NCBI RefSeq assembly: GCF_001194135.2
Contig: NC_068986.1
Coordinates: forward strand, 95,212,047-95,259,273
Reading direction: 5' to 3'
Source: Octopus bimaculoides
Taxonomy: Eukaryota
DNA: 47,227 nucleotides
In this document: positions 23,413-35,791 of the stretch, piece after piece
Position numbering within the stretch: position 1 is the stretch's first letter
Layout: every line of letters begins with the position of its first letter
The notes under the pieces: generated by a model
What the model was told of the DNA's origin: nothing
The model's database searches: none
Seen by the model: only the letters and a program-made list of their open reading frames with translations
Made by a program: the position numbers and the translations under genes

Positions 23413-23578
23413 AACTTAAGCGTGGCCAACTGGTTAAGAAGTTTACGTTACTTTTATGAGATCCCGAGTTCGATCTCAATCCATTCCATCATAGTAAAAT
23501 GTCTTTTACCAAAACGTCTGGGCCTCTTTAAGCGTTGAGAATGAAATTGCATGGATGGAAACTGTAAGGAAGTCCGTC
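23413..23578 (+). mobile_element. Old, diverged family A-related SINE head and core
   Basis: gtggccaactggttaagaag, B-box gagttcgatctc, and ggatggaaactgtaaggaagtccgtc. Confidence 0.65.
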
Positions 23579-24429
23579 AGATGGATTGTACTAGTAAATC
23601 AATTATCACAGACTGTGATATGCTCATTCAGCTCGATATCTGTGGAATACTCAACCATTTATACATTAATTTAATAAGTAAGGAGCTCAGTCACTCGATC
23701 AAACAAATTCTCAACGTCAAAAGCAATAAAGGATTCATCCTCATACGAAACAAATATGAATAGGTCGACGAAGAGATCGACAGACAGACAGACAGATAGA
23801 TATATGTATACGCGCGCGCGCGCATACATACATGCAAATTGCGTATTTGGCGTGGGAGTCTATTCATCGAAAATACGATGAATACATTATTGGACATTCC
23901 ATGTCCAATAAGGCTTGCACGACACCTCATTGAGTCCCTCCATCCTATTGACATGAATCAGAGACAAGCCGAAGCAGGATATGTTATGGAAATATGGGAC
24001 GCCGAATCAGGAATGTGGGATCCCCGGGATTTCAAGTCTAAAATATCTAATGTAATTCCTTGCATATCCGATTTAAAATCAGAATGACCTTCTCCTAGTG
24101 ACATGTGTTAACAAAAACTGAGGGGTACCTCACTCTCAGAAATCTCCTAGCAATCCGGACACCAAGAGCCCGTGCGATTGCTACACTGGCTTTATCCGAC
24201 CTTTTGACAGGTCCCATTTTTAATTTTGCTGGTTTCTAGCAACCCTCCTCACAAGGCTAGCCCGGTAGGGATGCCGATTCAATCACCGACGTCCCGACCA
24301 TGCAACAACTTTACTGGATTCCATGACACCTGTGGTACTTTTGAGAGACTTCACAACTGACCTGTCATCACACACACACACACATACATGATGGCCGTCC
24401 ATTAGTGGCCGAGTAAGACCATTGCTGAC

Positions 24430-24730
24430 CTTCTGGAACATTGTGCGCTCTAGGACTAACTTATATTTTGCATTTGCGGCTCCGTTGGTGGCTAATGAAC
24501 CATGCTCTTGACAAGCATACACGACTGCAAACATTGAGAACCAAGCTTTCCCCATTCACTACACTTTTGAGCAGCACGCTTAAGTTCTTCATGCAGAATA
24601 CGTGCTCTCTCAAAAGTGTGGCGATGACAGGCATTGCTCTTCTAGTCAGTCTCCTGCATATCACAGGCCTTGAATGAGGACTTGGCACAGTCCTTAAATC
24701 GCAGCCTTGATTTCTGTCGGGGTCTCTTTC
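24430..24730 (-). mobile_element. RTE-clade LINE 3' end with a single C2H2-like finger
   Basis: Minus strand gives GKRPRQKSRLRFKDCAKSSFKAC..FERARILHEELKRAAQK, then NVCSRVCLSRAWFISHQRS. Confidence 0.75.
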
Positions 24731-25269
24731 CAGTCACAAGTTCATACATACATACATACATACATACATACTGCTGTCTCCAGTTACACAGCAAATTGGT
24801 TCCGAAAAATCTCATGCAAATAGAAATTCTATAAAACTGAACAGTTCTAACTCAGATACAAACTATCCAACATACTTATGCTGCAGCTCAGTCAAAGCCC
24901 AATGCTGGCTGTGTGTCTTTGCTGGAGATCCAGTGAATGTGCGACGTACTTACATTCTAATAGCACTCTCAAATCACAAAATAGATATTGTAGTTTAATG
25001 ATATTTTATACGCATCCCCGGTTTCCGAGATTAAAAATTACTTATTCCAAGAATTCAAAACATGTCGCATAATAAATAAATGACTTTGGCTTTCCCACCT
25101 CACTTTCTATAAATAATAAATAGATAACTAAGCATGCTCTAACTCTCTAGCTTATTGATGTTCATAATCTGATTACAGGAGAGAAAAGAATGAACATTGC
25201 ACATAAGAAACATTAGGTTATAAAATCTCTTCATACCTATAATTTGAAAGTCGTCCCAGTTTGTCTCTT

Positions 25270-25520
25270 ATAAATTATTCATCCGTCTATTTTTCTCCGC
25301 CTATTCTCGGGAGGGTCGTGGAGGTAGTGTTCAGGCACTTCTTCCATAGAAGCAACCGTCATTACTCTTTCCCGATGGATTCCCAAGCGTGATTAACTGA
25401 GGCTATGGATATTATCCCCTCTTGGTCTACCATTTGATTTCCTGCTGGTTGGCTTAGCTTGAAGAATCTGTCAAGTGATTCTTTCCAACGGCATTCTAAT
25501 CACATTCTAATCTTATAAAT
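25270..25520 (-). mobile_element. RTE-like LINE 3' end (finger-less type)
   Basis: Minus strand gives MPLERIT*QILQAKPTSRKSNGRPR..DNIHSLS*SRLGIHRERVMTVAS. Confidence 0.65.
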
Positions 25521-26381
25521 GATGATAAACTAATTCTACATGCACTCCCTTTGGGGTTCATCTTCTATCCAAAATATAGAGCTTTTCCCTACTATTTCCA
25601 TACAGTTACTAGATATGTATGTACTTTAAATTTATGGAAGATCTTATAATCACGCTGGCTCTGATTTTTTTTTACTTCGCTTCTTTTAGCTCTGCTAACG
25701 GTTACTTCGTTTATATTGAACAAAGTTACAGTTTCTATCGAGGTCTTTCCATTTTGAAGTTGATGTCATAATTTAATTTTTATTTCTAGAAAAATCGATT
25801 TTTAGTTCCTTTGTTTTGATATATGAAACACTATTATTTAACGTCAAAAATATTTTTCAACACCATGTAAAGTATAAAACAAACACCAACAAATAAAACT
25901 TAAGTGCAATCTGTCACAGCAACTTAGACGTGAAATTAAAGTAGAATGAATGAAAATGAAATAAAAATAACGAAAAGAAAAAAGAAAAAAGAAAAAAGAA
26001 ACGGAGAAAAACGGATAAGTATTTTTGTATGATAAACGTAAAGATAAAAAAATATATAAGAAAAACAACAGAAGCCAAAACCGTGTTAAAAGGGAAATAA
26101 ATCGTGCAAACTGAGTACCGTGTAAACCGAGGGACAACTGAATATAGTTTCTCTCTCCCTTATTTCTCCTTCTTTATCTCTTCTCTCTCTCCCTCTCTCT
26201 TTATCTCTTCTATGTTATGTGTGTGTTTACATGCACACATACATACGCAGACACATTCACAAACTCATACATATACATACACCAACGTGTGTGTGTGCGT
26301 GTGTGACTGTGTGTGTGTGTGTTCGAATGTGAATGTGTATACGTGTACACATTTGTGTGTCGCGAAACGGTAAATGTATAT

Positions 26382-26768
26382 GTTGTTGTTATTGGCACTC
26401 CGTCGCTGACGACGTCGAGGGTTCCAGTTGATCTGATCAAGAGAACAGCCTGCTCGTGAAATTAACGTGCAAGTGGCTGAGCACTCCACGGACACATGTA
26501 CCCTTAACGTAGTTCTCGGGGATATTCAGCGTGACACAGTGTGACAAGGCTGACCCTTTGAATTACAGTCACAACAGAACCAGGAAGTAAGAGTGAGAGA
26601 AAGTTGTAGGGAAAGAGTACAGCAGGGTTCGCCACCATCCCCTGCCGGAGCCTCGTGGAGCTTTAGGTGTTTTCGCTCAGTAAACACTCACAACGCCCGG
26701 TCTGGGAATCGAAACCGCGATCCTATGACCGCAAGTCCGCTGCCCAAACTACTGGGCAATTGCGCCTC
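26382..26768 (-). mobile_element. Full-length tRNA(Arg)-like SINE, family B, with (AAC)n tail
   Basis: Minus strand: gaggcgcaattgcccagtagtttgggcagcggacttgcggtcataggatcgcggtttcgattccc (A and B boxes), body, and tail gccaataacaacaac. The head is repeated at 34499-34544. Confidence 0.85.
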
Positions 26769-26990
26769 CACGTATTTATGTATAAGACTATATAAATATC
26801 CGTATGTGTGTCAGTCTGTATCTGCATATGTGCACATATGCGATTCTGTACATATGCAAATTTGTACGTGTATATGTAAGCGTCAAGCAACAGAGAGAGT
26901 GCTTGCTTTTATGTATGAAATATGCTGGTGTGTGCGTGTGTGTGTATTCGTCTACGTAGCATGTAAACGTTCTGAACGGGAAAAAAAATA

Positions 26991-27227
26991 TACTCTTTAC
27001 TCTTTACTTGTTTCAGTCTTTTGACTGTGGCCATGCTGGAGCACCGCCTTTAGTCGAGCAAATCGACCCTAGGACTTATTCTTTGGATGCCTAGTACTTA
27101 TTCTATCGGTCTCTTTTGCCGAACCGCTAAGTTACGGGGACATAAACACACCAGCATCGGTTGTCAAGCGATGTTGGGGGAACAAACACAGACACACATA
27201 CATATATATAAATGCATAAATACGACG
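26991..27227 (-). mobile_element. SINE family A 3' half; the remainder is lost in a gap
   Basis: Near-identical to the reverse complement of 16170-16378. Confidence 0.92.
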
Positions 27228-28743
27228 NNNNNNNNNNNNNNNNNNNNNNNNNNNNNNNNNNNNNNNNNNNNNNNNNNNNNNNNNNNNNNNNNNNNNNNNN
27301 NNNNNNNNNNNNNNNNNNNNNNNNNNNNNNNNNNNNNNNNNNNNNNNNNNNNNNNNNNNNNNNNNNNNNNNNNNNNNNNNNNNNNNNNNNNNNNNNNNNN
27401 NNNNNNNNNNNNNNNNNNNNNNNNNNNNNNNNNNNNNNNNNNNNNNNNNNNNNNNNNNNNNNNNNNNNNNNNNNNNNNNNNNNNNNNNNNNNNNNNNNNN
27501 NNNNNNNNNNNNNNNNNNNNNNNNNNNNNNNNNNNNNNNNNNNNNNNNNNNNNNNNNNNNNNNNNNNNNNNNNNNNNNNNNNNNNNNNNNNNNNNNNNNN
27601 NNNNNNNNNNNNNNNNNNNNNNNNNNNNNNNNNNNNNNNNNNNNNNNNNNNNNNNNNNNNNNNNNNNNNNNNNNNNNNNNNNNNNNNNNNNNNNNNNNNN
27701 NNNNNNNNNNNNNNNNNNNNNNNNTATATATATATATATATATGCGCGTGTGTCCGCCTGTCTACATGTCTGCGTGTGTGTGTGAATGAGTGTGCGTGTG
27801 TTGATCAGCAAAATGAGAAAGTGTGTTAAGTGACTTCGAGAGAGGGATTAAGAAGTGTGGAGAAAAAGAGGGAGAGAGGTAAGAGATTAGAAAGAGGTAG
27901 AAAGGAAGAAGAAATAAGTTTGTCAACAAGCGATCACAGGCACACGCGTACACACACATAAACACACAAACACACACACATAGCACTAGCAGCTGCGGGC
28001 GGAGTGGGAGGGAGAGAGAGAGAGAGAAACAAAGAAGGAGGCGAAAGACGAGAGGATGAAATAGCTGAATACAGTAAGCAAGCGAGCTAACTACCTTGTA
28101 GCAGGATCCAGCCTTATTGCGTACATACGCATCTAGCTTCAAAACTGCCTTCGTCCATATTTCCTAAAGGAATTGTCGCAGAAATAAAAGGAAAAAGAAA
28201 TAAAGATATGAGGAAATAGAGAGGAAATAGTAGGAAAATAAATAGAAAAAACGAAATGAGTCCAAACGTTAACGTGAAATCCTGACGCAAAATACATCGT
28301 GTTTATTGTTTTTAAGAGTCGGACGAACTTTTCTATAGGCGCACATGTCGGGAGAAGACGGCCGTTATTTATGTACAATTTATGCAATCACGATAATTTG
28401 TTAAACAACCTCAGGAAATCGCTTGCTTCAAAGTTCGCTGGTATGTAGAAAAAAGATCCATCTATATAATAAATACATAAAAATATGTGAGTGTGAGGAT
28501 GTGTGCGCGCATATATATATATATATTGCATGTGTGAGTGTGTATGTGCACGTTTGTATGTATGTACGTATTGTATTATTGTGTATGTGTGGATGGATAT
28601 ACAAAAGTGTATATATGTATATACGTGTGTGCGCGAGAGAGTTAGTATGTACATGTACGTGTGTATGCGCGTGCATGTATATATGTTTGGGTGCGCGTAT
28701 ATATATATATGTATATGTAATTGTATGCGCTTGGGTGTGAATG

Positions 28744-28779
<36 letters not shown>

Positions 28780-30376
28780 CATGTGTGTATGTAATTGTAT
28801 GCGCATGTATATACATGTATGTTTAAATTCAAATTACGATAAACGTAAACAAACAAATGAAGTTTGCTTTTAGAACCGTTGAGATGTCTTAGAAAGTTAA
28901 AGAAGTGATTTTNNNNNNNNNNNNNNNNNNNNNNNNNNNNNNNNNNNNNNNNNNNNNNNNNNNNNNNNNNNNNNNNNNNNNNNNNNNNNNNNNNNNNNNN
29001 NNNNNNNNNNNNNNNNNNNNNNNNNNNNNNNNNNNNNNNNNNNNNNNNNNNNNNNNNNNNNNNNNNNNNNNNNNNNNNNNNNNNNNNNNNNNNNNNNNNN
29101 NNNNNNNNNNNNNNNNNNNNNNNNNNNNNNNNNNNNNNNNNNNNNTGTGTGTGTGTGTGTGTGTGTGTATGTGTGTGTCTTTGTGCAAGTATGAACATGA
29201 GAGAGAGAGAGAAAGAAAGAGAAGGGGAGAGAGAGAAAGATACTTGTTGAGGTTCCAGGCTTTGCTCTGTTAACCAATATGTAGAAGCATGTTTTTCCTT
29301 AACTGAAAGTTTTTATGCAATACATTTTGTATACAATTATTTTTGCAGTTATTGTTTTATTGTAATGTAAACACATGTGAAAAGCTGAGTGTTTTTCCAA
29401 GTTTCAGGGCTGGTGCTTTTTTGTTTTTTTAGTGTTGTTTTTTTTTTGTTTGTTTGTTTTTTTGTCATTTTACTTGCTTCCCTCATTGAACTGCGGCCTT
29501 GCTGGGNNNNNNNNNNNNNNNNNNNNNNNNNNNNNNNNNNNNNNNNNNNNNNNNNNNNNNNNNNNNNNNNNNNNNNNNNNNNNNNNNNNNNNNNNNNNNN
29601 NNNNNNNNNNNNNNNNNNNNNNNNNNNNNNNNNNNNNNNNNNNNNNNNNNNNNNNNNNNNNNNNNNNNNNNNNNNNNNNNNNNNNNNNNNNNNNNNNNNN
29701 NNNNNNNNNNNNNNNNNNNNNNNNNNNNNNNNNNNNNNNNNNNNNNNNNNNNNNNNNNNNNNNNNNNNNNNNNNNNNNNNNNNNNNNNNNNNNNNNNNNN
29801 NNNNNNNNNNNNNNNNNNNNNNNNNNNNNNNNNNNNNNNNNNNNNNNNNNNNNNNNNNNNNNNNNNNNNNNNNNNNNNNNNNNNNNNNNNNNNNNNNNNN
29901 NNNNNNNNNNNNNNNNNNNNNNNNNNNNNNNNNNNNNNNNNNNNNNNNNNNNNNNNNNNNNNNNNNNNNNNNNNNNNNNNNNNNNNNNNNNNNNNNNNNN
30001 NNNNNNNNNNNNNNNNNNNNNNNNNNNNNNNNNNNNNNNNNNNNNNNNNNNNNNNNNNNNNNNNNNNNNNNNNNNNNNNNNNNNNNNNNNNNNNNNNNNN
30101 NNNNNNNNNNNNNNNNNNNNNNNNNNNNNNNNNNNNNNNNNNNNNNNNNNNNNNNNNNNNNNNNNNNNNNNNNNNNNNNNNNNNNNNNNNNNNNNNNNNN
30201 NNNNNNNNNNNNNNNNNNNNNNNNNNNNNNNNNNNNNNNNNNNNNNNNNNNNNNNNNNNNNNNNNNNNNNNNNNNNNNNNNNNNNNNNNNNNNNNNNNNN
30301 NNNNNNNNNNNNNNNNNNNNNNNNNNNNNNNNNNNNNNNNNNNNNNNNNNNNNNNNNNNNNNNNNNNNNNNNNNNN

Positions 30377-30572
30377 TATAGGAGTGGCTGTGTGGAAAGT
30401 AGCTTGCTTACCAACCACATGGTTCCGGGTTCAGAAGTCCGTCGTATATATAGATGTATGGGTGTGTATATGTTTTTGTGTCTGTGCTTGTGTGTCTCTG
30501 TCCTGCCAACATCGCTTGACAACCGATAGTGGTGTGTTTACGTCCCCGTAACTTAGCGGTTCGGCAAAAGAG
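30377..30572 (+). mobile_element. SINE family A copy with internal deletion and 3' truncation
   Basis: gggttcag joins directly to aagtccgtcg (about 90 bp missing), and the copy ends at ggcaaaagagac. Confidence 0.9.
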
Positions 30573-30699
30573 ACATAATTATTGTCTCTACTTCCAGTTG
30601 CATATTGTGAAGAAGGAAAACAAATGTTTGAAGAATATTAAGAAAATTTTGTTTTTTGTCTTTTTTTTTTTTTACTTTCTCGTCAGGAAGGAAAGCGGT

Positions 30700-31180
30700 G
30701 CTATGACCTTTTGCAGGGCCTCCAAGACTGGTGGAAAAGAGGGAGAGAAGAAAGTATCCTCAAACCGGGAAATCGGGCCCGAATGCTTGCAATAGAGTAG
30801 ACTCCGCTTAAGGCACCGAAGATGCCAGGTAGAGGTATTAAACCGAGCAACGGACTACAAGTCGTCTTTGCAGGTCATGGCAGAATTTTAACTCAGAATG
30901 CAATGAGCCGGAACAAATACTGCAAGGCATCCGGTCTGATGGATTGATACCTTTATATCGATTCCCATGAAGGTGGAGTTGCCTTCGGCGAAGTTTGAAC
31001 ACGGAGCTCAGAGAATCGGAGCAAATTCCGCAAAACATTCTGCCTGAGGCTGTAACGACTCTGGGAGTTTGCCACCTTTGTTATATTGACGGTAACATAT
31101 TTCATGGCAGCTACAATACGAATAGATACCAGCCCAATACAGATGAAATGGGCTGATGTCTACTGAATGATGGTAAGCTC
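30700..31180 (-). mobile_element. Possible Tx1-like ORF2 post-RT remnant
   Basis: Weak: LYWAG..SCHEICYRQYNKGGKLP resembles the FLWKG..RRSICxxxxxKGGLGMP region. Confidence 0.3.
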
Positions 31181-31199
31181 GGATATTCCCAAAATTCCC

Positions 31200-32390
31200 T
31201 AAGTCATTACTGATTTCTACAATCCTGTGAGAGTAAACTTTCAGTAGCAAAGATATCTTGAAAATCGTTTCACTTTTTAAAATTTTATTTTCAATTCTCC
31301 ACACTCTGATAAACTCACAATTACTCCCAGCTGAATTAAAACTTTAGCAAACTTGGCGACTGAGACGGCTCTGTTAAGTGCCACTCTCGTGTCGGTAGAA
31401 AGATTAAGTTTTCTTTCTTATCTACAATTGTTGGTTTCTTGAGGCATTCTCTCAGCTCATCATGTACCCTTTCAGATGACAGGCAGAGTTTCCCTGAAAC
31501 TAGTAAAGTGTAACTCCACTTATGTTGTTTGTGTAATCTCAGGTGCAATTTAGAGCCTCAAATACAAGTCTGTGAGACGCTGTACACTCATACTTTCAGT
31601 TTGGCCTGCTTTAGAACATCTGTCTGTGCTACACACGGGAGTGTCATTTGTGTGTAAGGTAGAGTGATAGCTAAAAAGGAGAATGAGCAGTTGTCATAAG
31701 TACGTAAAGTTACAACTGTCCTAGATGAGACCACCGTCATAACAATCTGTTAAGGGAACGAATCATTTATCAAGTACAGTTGATGAGCAAATTTGTACTT
31801 GTTTTGCTAAAAATATCAATGGAAACTTTATCTACCAGGCCAGATAGTATTAGTCTTTTTGAACCTGGTATAAACGTTATCTATATGGAACTGAGGGTAA
31901 TTTATTTTAGTGAATGTACTGTTACTTTTTTTTTTTTTAATGTCATAGCTGGTTGCTTAAAGAATCTCTTGACAGAGAATTGCAGCTGCCGTTCGTACTG
32001 GAGCTAGCAGTCTTTATTGTTCAAGATCCTTGCTAACAATGGACTGTGCAGTATTTTCAATGACGATCAACGCTTTGTGGCACATGACATATGTAAACTC
32101 AAGATGTCTGTTTTCCTCTTGTTGCACTTAATATAATGTCTTTTGTCACGTTGTCCTGGCGACTACGCAAAAGTTGCTGAGGAGTGGATGGTAAACAAAT
32201 AAAGAAAATGATAACAAAAAAACTCCTCATCTCGTATAGAAAAAATGAGACTACTCTTCCGTAGTATTATTCTAGGTACTGTACCAATCTACTACATATT
32301 TCCCAAAGGCATCTACTCCAGCAATCTTCGTGGTATGTTGCACAGACGTACCAAGCAAATGTTTTGGGGTCTTGAGAAGAGGATGGATTA
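31200..32390 (-). mobile_element. Decayed Helitron Rep/helicase (Pif1 helicase region)
   Basis: Minus-strand motifs in order: EMRSFFVIIF.IC.PS.PQQL..VTKDII; KALIVIEN..SKDLEQ*RLLAPVR..EIL..SYD; QIVMTVVSSR.VVTL (~IALAVASSGIAATLL); TAHSPF*L; ECTASHRLVFEALNCT*D; FRETLPVI*KG; KLNLSTDTRVAL..KFAKVLIQLG. Confidence 0.85.
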
Positions 32391-32929
32391 TAATTACAAC
32401 ACTGTACAGAATAGGTGATTAAAATTCTTCACTTAACAATCATATTTTCAGAAAGTCAGTAGGTGGTTTCAAATAGCAAAGGAGACAATAAAAACAGTTT
32501 CTTGTTTGACATTTAAATTTGACTGTATTTGTATCAAATAATGTTTACTTAAAATGTTTTACCAGCATCTGAGTCAATAATAATGCACACAAAATAAAGC
32601 GACAGTTTATTTTGGGAAGCTATCATGGCTATTAAAATTTCTATTTTAAGAAAAAACTACGTCTTCAGAAAGTTATGTAGTTTCAAATATCATTCATCCG
32701 TTGTTTGCGTTTAAAATTATTTAAACATTTTTTAAGGAATATATTCAGATTTTATACTTTATGCTGATAAAAGTAGAATACCTGAGTATAGATAGTTATA
32801 AAATCTAAAATATATCCAAATTTTATATGAGTACAAACGTGTATACATACACATTAACTTACATACATAGTGACATATACTCATAGTGACATACAGAGAA
32901 AACAGTCGACGATCCACCCTGGTGTCGTT

Positions 32930-33240
32930 TATTCGTTCGAAGCCCTAACTCTCCATGAATTTTTATATTTTTAAAATTTCTGGATGCTGTTGTCGTATGG
33001 AGTTTTCCTGTCTTCTCGTTGAAAGCTCAAAGCAGGTACTAATAAACAGTTGAGAACTGGGGAGGAATTAGACTTCCTTCTGTATTTTGTCCTGTACTTA
33101 TCTCTGTGTTTACGTATTTTTCACTCGTTCGTGATATCCTGTATTTAATGTGTATCTTTTTTTTTTTCTATTTATCTTGTACTTCTGTCTCGTGTGTTTA
33201 CGTTAAATCTCGCTGGTGACGCCCTGTACTTAACGTGTAT
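32930..33240 (+). mobile_element. Unclassified dispersed repeat (family E), second copy
   Basis: Homologous to the minus strand of 14645-14960. Confidence 0.55.
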
Positions 33241-33300
33241 TTTTAATCATTTATATTTGAACGCCACGCAGACTTTGTCAACAGTAAGTTTTTACATTTA

Positions 33301-33490
33301 TATATGTGTGTGTGTGCGTGTGTGTAAGACAAGCTTCTTTCAGTTTTTGTCTAACAAATCCACTCACAAGTCTTTGGTCAACACGTGGCTGTAGTAGAAA
33401 ACACTTGTCCAAGGTATCACGTAGTGGGACTGAACCCAGAACCATGTGACTGTGAAGCAAACATCTCACCACACAGCCACGCTTGCACCT
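33301..33490 (-). mobile_element. Older SINE family A 5' half
   Basis: Reverse complement reads gtggctgtgtggtgagatg..gggttcagtcccact..ttggacaagtgttttctac..gacaaaaactgaaagaagc. Confidence 0.85.
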
Positions 33491-34107
33491 TTAATATGGA
33501 TGCTAGCATTTAACAAAAATTCGCTAACTGCCTTAGGTGCCTTAGCGTAGACGCGAACAGGCATAAATTCTATGGTTTAAAATATTTTTAAAATCACTTC
33601 TTCAGCTGTTTTTGTCCATAGGTCTGCTGGTTCAGCTCCTATCAGGTATTAACAATATAAACAACTCCAGCTGCTGTAAAACCTAAGTATAGTTACATTC
33701 CATTACGTAAATCCAGCGGTTTCGAACCCGGATCTTATGTTCTAGTTTGTGTATGTATATGTGGGATGCGGCTTGTTAGATGTGCACGCATGTGTGTGCG
33801 TGTGCTTGGTTGTGTTGATATGTATTATCTATGTGTTGAAGTGTGTATGTGTTTGTTTGTATGTATGTATGTATGAATGTGTGTATTTGTATATGAAATC
33901 CTGTGTATATGTGAGTGAATATGTGGGCTTATGTATTAGTATACATGCTTCTATGTGTGTACGTAACTGTTTATGTATGCGCATGACTACGAGTCTATGA
34001 GACTGCATGTGTGTGTGTGTTTGAGTTTATATATGTGCGCGTGCGCGAGCGCATGACAAGTGCATATTGGTCATATGTGTGCATGCGTGTGTCTGACTGT
34101 TTACGTA

Positions 34108-34500
34108 TACGTGGTCTGATCAATAAGTATCCAGACTGTTGTAATAGTAACGAAACTAAAGCACACAGAGTAGAACCGCTTGGCAAAGATTGACCTTAAA
34201 CTCTACTGTGTATGCGCACCAAGTTTTAACGTTCTAGCTCACTTCTGCTGTTTACAACAGTGCTTGGAAGAAAGGTGTGTAGCGTGTGATCGTCACATTG
34301 AACATGACAGAGAAAGCTGAGCAGAGAATCTGCATCAAAATTTGCTAAAGATTTGGTGATATCTGCTCAGAGACCGACTCAAACTTTTCAAAATGTTTTC
34401 ATCGTTCTCAACACAATCAAGATCTTGTGCAACTGAAGCCCGAGTGTCTTTTTGATAGCTGAAAGCAGTTTCGGCACAAACTTGGCAGACACGCGTCTGA
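34108..34500 (+). mobile_element. Mariner/Tc1 5' end with an inverted internal segment
   Basis: TA plus TIR-like CGTGGTCTGATCAATAAGTATCC at 34110; MTEKAEQRICIKIC*RFGD.CSET from 34304 (+); RRVSAKFVPKLLS on the minus strand at ~34460-34498. Confidence 0.8.
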
Positions 34501-34544
34501 GTATCGAAACCGCGATCCTCCGACCGCGAGTCCGCTGCCCTAAC
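34499..34544 (-). mobile_element. Family B SINE tRNA-head fragment
   Basis: gttagggcagcggactcgcggtcggaggatcgcggtttcgatactc matches the minus strand of 26703-26748. Confidence 0.8.
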
Positions 34545-34914
34545 ATTTTAGTACTGGTTTCCGTCTTTTTTTTCAACTAAGAGTAGAATAAGAAAAAATC
34601 AATTAAAATGGAGAAAAAAAATTAAGCGAAATGTTTTGTAAATATTTTCATAGTCTTTGAATAGGTAAATATTTCCATAGTTTTCAGACAGTCTGTCTGT
34701 CTCTCTCTATTCCTTTGTGAATGCCTGAGTCCAGGTATTCACAATGGAATAGAGAGAAAGACTGTCTGAAAACTATGGAAATATTTACCTATTCAAAGAC
34801 TACGAAAATATTTACAAAACATTTCACTTAACTTTTTTCTCCATTTTAATTGTTTTTTTCTTATTTTACTCTTAGTTGAAAAAGTCTAAAAGTCGGAAAC
34901 CGAAATTAAAATGT
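34543..34914. repeat. ~370-bp near-perfect foldback palindrome (MITE/foldback-like)
   Basis: Arms 34569-34727 and 34732-34883 pair with few mismatches around a 4-nt loop AGTC. Looser pairing extends to 34543/34914. Confidence 0.93.
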
Positions 34915-34963
34915 ACTTCATGATAAAATTATTTTATTATTTTCTACCTTGTCTTATTTTCCT

Positions 34964-34966
<3 letters not shown>

Positions 34967-34995
<29 letters not shown>

Positions 34996-35007
34996 TGTAT
35001 GTATGTA
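34967..35007. repeat. (TATG)n microsatellite
   Basis: Direct reading. Confidence 0.95.
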
Positions 35008-35791
35008 TTAGAGTGGCTCAAAGAAACAAATTTGAGAAATGTTGAACTCTCATCCCATCGATTTGTGAGGCTTGACATATAAACACTTTACTTGAAATTT
35101 GAAGAAAATTTCATAGTATTTAGAGTTGCCACTTAGCGATTTAATATTTTGTTTCAGTATGAAGTAAAACTTAACGTAATAAATAGCTTGTAATCGAGAT
35201 GTAGTACAAGTACTCCATTTGTCAATAAATGAAATAGTGCAGAGACCAAATCATCTGGAAAATGCGGCAGATATACTCACGTATATACGTATTCCATATG
35301 TCAGCCAAATGAGCTCCTCCTCGCCTTGTTTGCGTGAGGCTATGCTTCACTCCGCGCCGTAAGCCGTATTTCCTAATCAGTATTGTTATAGCTTTCGTCG
35401 TGTGTAGATGTGTCAGCGCTCCACTGCCGTAGTGTTTTAATTAAACATGTCTATTTTAATGAAAAGAAGTGAAAAAACAGATTTGACTTTATTGGATATA
35501 TGACTGAAAAAATTCGTATTAAAAAAAATTCTCATCAATTGGAGATGTATTACGACGCCTTTTTTTTATCATAAGAAAACAGTAAAGGGAGCATCAGATA
35601 TTGTGTATTCAGAAATAAATGAGAACTGGGACAACGCTAAGATACCAACCAAGGATAAACAACAATATAGATACATTATTTACATTATTTATATTTGACG
35701 GATATTTGTCCTCATCTTGTTTGTTGTTACCACAACGTTCCTTTGTGAATGCCTGGACTCAGGCATTCTCTGCACTACGCCATATGCCCAC

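Noticed and set aside
27990-28450. Possible promoter or first exon (GGGCGG box, purine-rich leader, GTATGT donor)
   Set aside because: These short motifs are common, and there is no CpG island or downstream gene in the window to support the call.
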